This document shows, piece after piece, positions 57,311-64,000 of a stretch of DNA of 64,000 nucleotides. The translations under genes were made by a program, and so were the position numbers. Source of the stretch: Alloascoidea hylecoeti (Eukaryota); the NCBI GenBank assembly GCA_001600815.1, contig BCKZ01000024.1:1-64000 (forward strand), in the 5' to 3' direction. The notes under the pieces are model-generated. The model did no database searches and had not been told where the DNA came from. It saw nothing but the letters and a program-made list of their open reading frames with translations. How positions within the stretch are numbered: position 1 is the stretch's first letter; the number at the start of each line of letters is the position of its first letter.

Positions 57311-59820
57311 ATGTCTACAACAATCGCAAAGCCTTCATCAAGGAGGCAATCTACTAAAATGAAGATATCACAGCAAATCAGTACCGGTGATCAGATCCAG
57401 ACTGCATTGGGCCAAGTATTTCAGGAAGCGCAACGAGGTTTAGCTGGTCATAGGAAACATGTCGTTGTTTTAAAAGCGATCCAACAAAGAGCTTTTGAGT
57501 TAGGATTTGAGGATCAATTTAATCTTTCATTTTGTCATTTGATTAATAAAGTATTGGTGATTAAAAAATCACAAATAGTTGGTGATAGAATTGTTAAATT
57601 ATGTGCTTCTTTTTTTGGTGCAATTAATTCAAAAGATACTGATGAAAATGCCATGAAAGATGATGATGAAGAAGAAGAAGATACCCTAACGTCTCGATTT
57701 TGCACATATGTTGTTCGTCATCTAATTAGAGGAATCGAAGCAAAGGATAAAAATATTCGTTATAGAGTCTGTCAATTGTTAGCTGTACTTATCAACAATT
57801 TAGGGGAAATTGACGATGAATTATATCAAACATTATTATATGCTTTAAATAAAAGAATTCATGATAAGGAACCTACAGTTCGTGTTCAAGCAGTTTTATC
57901 AATCTCAAGATTTCAAGAAGATGACAGTACTGATGGTAATAATGGAATAAGTGATGCTACTGGTAGATTAATAACTGTTATTCAAAATGATAATAGTGCA
58001 GAGGTTAGAAGAACAGCATTATTAAATCTTCAAAGATCTAAACAAACATTACCTTATTTACTTGAACGTTGTAGGGATGAAAATTCAATTAATCGAAAAT
58101 TAGTTTTTACAAAAGTTATTCCACAAATTGGTGATTTTAGATATCTTTCTCTTGATAAACGTGAAAAATTATTAGGTTATGGTCTTAGAGATCGTGAAGA
58201 ATCTGTTAGAAATGCAGCTACTCAAATGTTTAGTCATTCATGGATTGAAAATGTTGGAAATGATTTAATTGAATTATTAGAACGTTTAGATGTAATGAAT
58301 AGTACAATTGCACCATCAGCAATGTCTATTTTCTTTGCCAATCGACCAGATACAGTATCAAAGGTTAATTTCCCTTCTGAATTATGGGCTTCACTTACAA
58401 CGGAAACTGCATTTCTTGCTCGTACATTTTATGAACATTGTGTTAAGAAGGAAATGGATGAAACGATAGATAATAATTTCCCAGAAGCTTCTAAATTAGC
58501 ATCATATTTAAAAGGTTATCTTAATCAAAAGAAAGAAATTGAGGATAATGGTGAAGATACAACAGAATTAGATTTCATATTGGAACAACTTCTTACAATT
58601 GCAAAAGAGTATGATTTTAGTGATGAAATTGGTCGTCGATTGTTTTTACAAGTACTTCGAGATTCTTTAGTTTCTGATAATTTATCTGAAAAGATAATTG
58701 ATTTATCTCTACAAATTATTAGAAAATTAGCTATCAATGAAACTGATTACAGTCAATTAATTGTTGAAGTTATATCTGATGTAAAAGATGCAATGACAGA
58801 AGAAGGAGATGAAGTTGATGAAGCTTTCCATTTAGCAATTTCAAATAATGAAGTTGAAAATGAAAATGAAAATGAGAATGAGAATGATATAAAAAGAAAA
58901 AGAAAAACATTAACACCTGAAGATGAAGGGAAAAAAAATATATTACATCATTCAATTATTATAAAATGTTTAACAATAATGAAGAGTTTACTTGAAAATT
59001 TAGAAGATAAAATTTCTGGTAATCCTCCAATTCTTATGCTTCTTGATACAATGGTTAGACCAGCAGTTCGAAGTCATGATTCTGAAATTAGAGAACATGG
59101 TCTAAGATGTTTAGGTTTATGCAGTTTATTAGATCAAGAATTAGCAACAGAAACTCTTTATCTTTTTGGTGTATGTGTTACTAAAGGTCATGAATCTTTA
59201 AGAGTTGAAGCATTAAAAATTATATCTGATATTTTAAGTATTCATGGTAGGAAAGTTCTTGATGTTGAAGGAGGTGTTGATTCTTTAAGTTTATATAAAC
59301 TTTATTATAGAGCACTTCGAAATGCTGAAATGCCAATGGCTCAATCTGCTGCTGCTGAAGGATTATGTAAATTATATCTTGCAGATGTAATGACAGATCA
59401 AGATTTATTTGAAACATTAATTCTTACTTATTTTAATCCTTCTTCAACTGATAATTTTGCATTGGTTCAAGCATTAAGTTTTTGTATTCCAGTTTATAGT
59501 TTTTCACATATTTCTCATCAAGAGAAAGTTGGTTTGGTAAGTATTATTTTTCAAATTTTTACTTTTGTTAATATTTTACTAACAATATTAGGTATTTTGT
59601 GATGCATTTGAACGTCTTTTTGATGTATATGAAAGTCTTGATGATCCAACTGAAATGACAGCACCAGCACAAGTTATTCAACAATTAGTTTTTTGGACTG
59701 ATCCAGAGAAAGTTGTTGGAATTACAAAAGATGAATATGAAAAATCACCAATTCAAGCTAATATTGCAATTGAAATTTTACAAAGGGCAACTGATTCTGA
59801 CTCTAGTAAGTAATTTTACT

Positions 59821-59851
<31 letters not shown>

Positions 59852-60278
59852 CATTTTAACTAACGATATTATGTTAAATTTAGAAACAAAAAAGAAAATT
59901 CTTATATCTGCTCTTAGTAAACTTCGAATTGGTAAACGTATTGATGTTGAAGTTTTAAAAGAACTTAATGAATCTGTTCAACGTTCTATTGAGGGTAAAA
60001 TTGCTGAAGATGCACTTTCTAGAAATTCATTAGTGAAATTTGAAACTGTTACTAAAGGAATCTTAGAAGCTGGTTTATTAGAGCAAAAAAGAAATGATGA
60101 AAGTGATCATGATGAAGATTTAGATACAGATAATCATGATCAACAGGATAAAGAGGATCAAGAAGATCAAGAAGATCAAGAGGATCAAGAGGATCAAGAA
60201 AAGGATGTTGCAAATGACATATCTAAACAAAATGTCAATGAACAGGATGAGATAGAGGATGATGATGAAGGTTTATAA
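57311..60278 (+). CDS. YCG1: Condensin HEAT subunit; exons 57311-59536, 59592-59805, 59884-60278
   Basis: AGHRKHVVVL, AKDKNIRYRVCQ, DNSAEVRR and AEGLCKLYL motifs; two GTAAGT...TAG introns keep the frame. Confidence 0.93.
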
Positions 60279-60401
60279 ATAGTTTAAGATTACAGTAATC
60301 ATGTTATGTTATAGTAATAAAATTATACTTAAATTTATGTATATCAATACTACATGATTGTTTATTTAAATTTTTAGAATGATGAGATAATATAAAAAGA
60401 T

Positions 60402-62368
60402 TTACTCGCTTGCATCAGCAAATCTTTCAGAAATATTAAGAAGTAATTTATCAAATTCTTTTGTAATTACTTCTTCACCTTTACTTGGTTCAAAAAATTT
60501 AGCAGAAGCAACTTGATGTTTAACATCAGAAGTTTCTTCAGATAATTGGGCCCAAGCAACGGTATCATTTGAAACAGCTTTTAAAGCTTCATCATAATAT
60601 AAAACAAATGCTTTCATCATTGAATAAGTTTTCCAAATTGGACAAAAAGCATCATAAGTTGAATAACCATTTTGTTGTAAGAAATTTTCTTTAATTAATG
60701 CAGAAACATCTAATGTAATTTTATCAGAATCTGATAAAGCAGATTTACCAACTAATTGAACAACTTGTTCTAATTCTTCAGCAGATGATAAAATTTCTTT
60801 AATTTTATCTCTTAATGTTGCAAAATCTGGATAACTTTCTTCATAATATTTATTTAAAACATTTGTATATTTTGAATAAGAAATTGAAGTATTAATTGAA
60901 GGGAAATGTTTTCTTTGAGCCAATTTTTTATCTAAACCCCAAAATACTTGAGTAATACCTAAAGTTGAAGTTGTAACAGGATCAGAGAAATCACCACCAG
61001 CTGGGGATACAGCAGCAACAATTGAAACAGAACCAACACGACCTGGATTACCTAAAGCAACAGCTTTACCAGCTCTTTCATAAAAAGAAGCTAATTTAGC
61101 ACCTAAATAAGCAGGGAAACCTTGATCAGCAGGCATTTCACCAAGACGACCAGAAATTTCACGAAGAGCTTCAGCCCATCTTGAAGAAGAATCAGCAATC
61201 ATTGAAACATTTTTACCTTGATCACGGAAATATTCAGCCAAAGTAATACCAGTATAAATTGAAGCTTCACGAGCAGCAACAGGCATATTTGAAGTATTTG
61301 CAACTAAAGTAGTACGTTTCATAATTGGTTCTTTACGACCTTCAAATTCAGTATATAATTCAGGGAATTCCATTAAAACTTCAGCCATTTCGTTACCACG
61401 TTCACCACAACCAACATAAATAATAATATCTGAATTTGAATATTTAGATAAAGATTGAGAAATAACAGTTTTACCACAACCAAAAGCACCGGGAATACAA
61501 GTAGTACCACCTTGAACACAAGGAAATAAAGCATCCAAAACACGTTGACCAGTAAGTAAAGGATAATCAGCAGATAATTTTTCAGTAACAGGTCTTGGTA
61601 CACGAACAGGCCAAGTATGCATCATTGAATATTCATATTTCTTACCATCGAATTCAACTTCTAAAATAGGATCAGTAATATTATAAGAACCAGATTCAAC
61701 AATATTTGTAATTGTACCACGAGCTCTTGGAGGTAATAATATTTTATGATCAGAAACCAAACTATTTTCAAAAATATGACCAAAGATATCACCACCAGTA
61801 ATATGATCACCAACTTTCAAATCACCAGGATGGAAATCATAATGAACAGAGCGACTTAAAGCAGGAGTATCAATACCTCTTGGGATATAAATTGAATTTG
61901 ATAATTCTTTAATAGCTTTTAAAGGTCTTTGAATACCATCATAAATGGTTTCCATTAAACCAGGACCTAATTCTACAGATAATGGTTTACCAGTTCTTAA
62001 AACAGGATCACCAACGGTTACACCAGCAGTTTCTTCGTAAACTTGAATGGTAGCTTTATCACTATCAATTCTAATAACTTCACCAACCAAATTATCATGG
62101 CCGACTTTGACCAATTCGTACATGGCACAACCAATCATGTTTTCGGCGACGATGACAGGGCCAGAAACGGAATAGATTTGGCCATATTCACTTTCAGAGT
62201 GATCATCTAATGATAGTCTCTTTAGCTCCTTTCGGGCATTTTCTAAAGCACCAGCCTATAAATTAATTAGGGGGTCAGTTTTACACACAATTGATTTCAA
62301 CAGGCTGGATAATGTGATGAGTCGAAAACTCAGGAATCAATTCGCAGCCAAACAAAGAGACGTACCAT
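60402..62368 (-). CDS. VMA1: V-ATPase catalytic subunit A, intein-free; exons 62368-62366, 62255-60402
   Basis: ATG|GTACGT...TAG|GCTGGTGCT gives [29 protein letters not shown] is uninterrupted. Confidence 0.98.
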
Positions 62369-62435
62369 TTTGTATGTAGATTTGACTGGACGGGAGAACA
62401 GAGTACGAAGTTGGACAATAAAGACAATCAGAAGG

Positions 62436-62690
62436 GAGGGTAACTCTCCGGGGCCGGGTAATGTGCTGTGGCCGGGTGACCGTGCGGGCCGGGTAACTCT
62501 CCGGGGCCGGGTAACGCGCTGCGCTCTGGGTGTGTGGGTGTGCGGGTGTGCGGGCGGCCAATGGAAAGAGTGGAATCTCGCCTGATCCCGAGTGGCCAAT
62601 GGAGGCCGGCTGCGAATTAATAATATCAGGAGCAGATCAGAATCTCCGTGTCACGTGCAGGCTTATAACCACGCTAACGTAATAAACGAA
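62436..62690. promoter_or_regulatory. GC-rich divergent VMA1/ERG6 promoter with Reb1-type site array, TG-rich tract, two CCAAT boxes, E-box and SRE-like site
   Basis: CCGGGTAA at 62454, 62489 and 62507 plus two variants; GGCCAATGG twice; GTCACGTG near 62650; TAAACGA at 62683. Confidence 0.7.
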
Positions 62691-62746
62691 ACCACACAAC
62701 TGAAAAGTTCCCACAACATTCACCACCATTCCTTATTTATAACACA

Positions 62747-64000
62747 ATGTCTTCAACTAGCGTTTACACCCCCAAGCTTGCTGAGAAGAACTTCAGTGCC
62801 GATAAAGATTTTGCCAAAGCTTTGCACGGATCTAATGTTGGGCAAAATAGTGGGCTAGGTGCTGTTATAGGAAAGGATAAGAAGGCCACTGAAGTTGCTA
62901 TCGAAGGGTATTTCAAACATTGGGACGGAAATACTGATGCTGAGCGTGAACATGTGAGTATCTACTAAAGCGGATCATATCAGATCAAATCATTTTTAAA
63001 ATAACGGTGGTGTTAACTGAAGATTTTACTGTAGGATCGTTTGGATGATTATTCCGCCTTGACAAAGCATTACTATAATTTAGTTACTGATTGTAAGTTA
63101 ATCATTCCAGACACCGAACCTATTAACTTATTAACACGAGCTTTCTAGTCTATGAATATGGCTGGGGATCTTCTTTCCATTTTTCTCGTTACTACAAAGG
63201 TGAAGCTTTTAGGCAAGCAACTGCCAGGTATGTTGATCCATTGTTTGATTTCATGGAGGAAAATTCACTAATCATATATGAAATAGACATGAACATTATT
63301 TAGCTCTAAAAATGGGTATTAAAGAAAATTATAAAGTTCTTGATGTTGGTTGTGGTGTTGGAGGACCGGCTCGGGAAATTAGTAGATTTACCGGGTGTTC
63401 AATTGTTGGATTAAATAATAATGATTATCAAGTTGAAAGAGCCAATTATTATTCAAAAGTTTATAAATTAGCAGATAAACTATCATTTGTTAAAGGAGAT
63501 TTCATGCAAATGGATTTTGAACCAGAAACGTTTGATGCTGTTTATGCAATTGAAGCAACGGTTCATGCACCGGTTTTGGAAGGTGTTTATGGAGAAATTT
63601 ATAAAGTTTTAAAACCGGGTGGTGTTTTTGGAGTTTACGAGTGGGTTATGACAGATTCTTATGATGAAAGTAATCCTGAACATCGTGCGATTGCTTATGG
63701 AATTGAAATTGGAGATGGGATTCCCAAAATGTATAAGACCGAGGTAGCAAGAAACGCTTTGAAGAATGTAGGATTTGAGATTGAATATGAAAAAGATCTT
63801 GCTGATATGGACGACGAGATCCCATGGTATTATCCATTGATGGGATCATGGAAATACATGCAAACGTTTGGCGATTTCTTCACGATTGTCAGAACCTCGA
63901 AGTTTGGCAGATTTGTTACAATGGAGGGGTGTGGATTGCTGGAGAAGGTGGGCATTGCACCCAAGGGAACGAAGCAGGTGACGGCCGCACTGGAGGATGC
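62747..64000 (+). CDS. ERG6: Sterol 24-C-methyltransferase, 3'-partial; exons 62747-62953, 63035-63092, 63149-63227, 63287-beyond 64000
   Basis: [29 protein letters not shown] and AIEATVHAP motifs; three canonical introns. Confidence 0.96.

Noticed and set aside
61380..61430. VDE intein in VMA1
   Set aside because: The insertion site [10 protein letters not shown] is uninterrupted.
62330..62858. Short overlapping ORFs in the VMA1/ERG6 promoter
   Set aside because: Explained by GC-rich repeats that lack stop codons.
1..64000. tRNA, rRNA, CRISPR arrays or a non-standard CUG code
   Set aside because: None recognised by eye; CTG occurs at conserved leucine positions.

Overview
Eukaryotic, AT-rich budding-yeast (Saccharomycotina) chromosome segment. 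It uses the standard code (CUG=Leu), encodes a respiratory complex I subunit, and is intron-rich (about 24 short introns modelled by eye). About 28 protein genes are present, including SUA7, RNH202, ESS1, APE2, RAD18, SCJ1, HOL1, NUZM, ATG15, RKM2, CBS2/PAN5-like, CAB5, VPS34, MSS116, SNF5, RCO1, NRM1, a GH28 endopolygalacturonase, ERO1, DBP3, SLD1, OXR1, KXD1, a Tom70-like TPR gene, MPC1, YCG1, VMA1 (no intein) and a partial ERG6, plus three orphan ORFs. The most interesting observations are: a 7-exon MPC1 that needs a 2-nt micro-exon; an accessory island at about 35.8-41.4 kb (pectinase, two Tc1/mariner relics, an unidentified decayed ORF, a solo LTR and a PMA1 fragment); a solo LTR family with a 4-bp target-site duplication; a decayed AVT2 fragment; a head-to-head ketopantoate-reductase-like/CAB5 pair; an intronic UPR element in SCJ1; a 24-bp X-box palindrome before YCG1; and a Reb1-site array in the VMA1/ERG6 promoter. 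All gene names and synteny statements come from recalled motifs and gene order, not from database searches.
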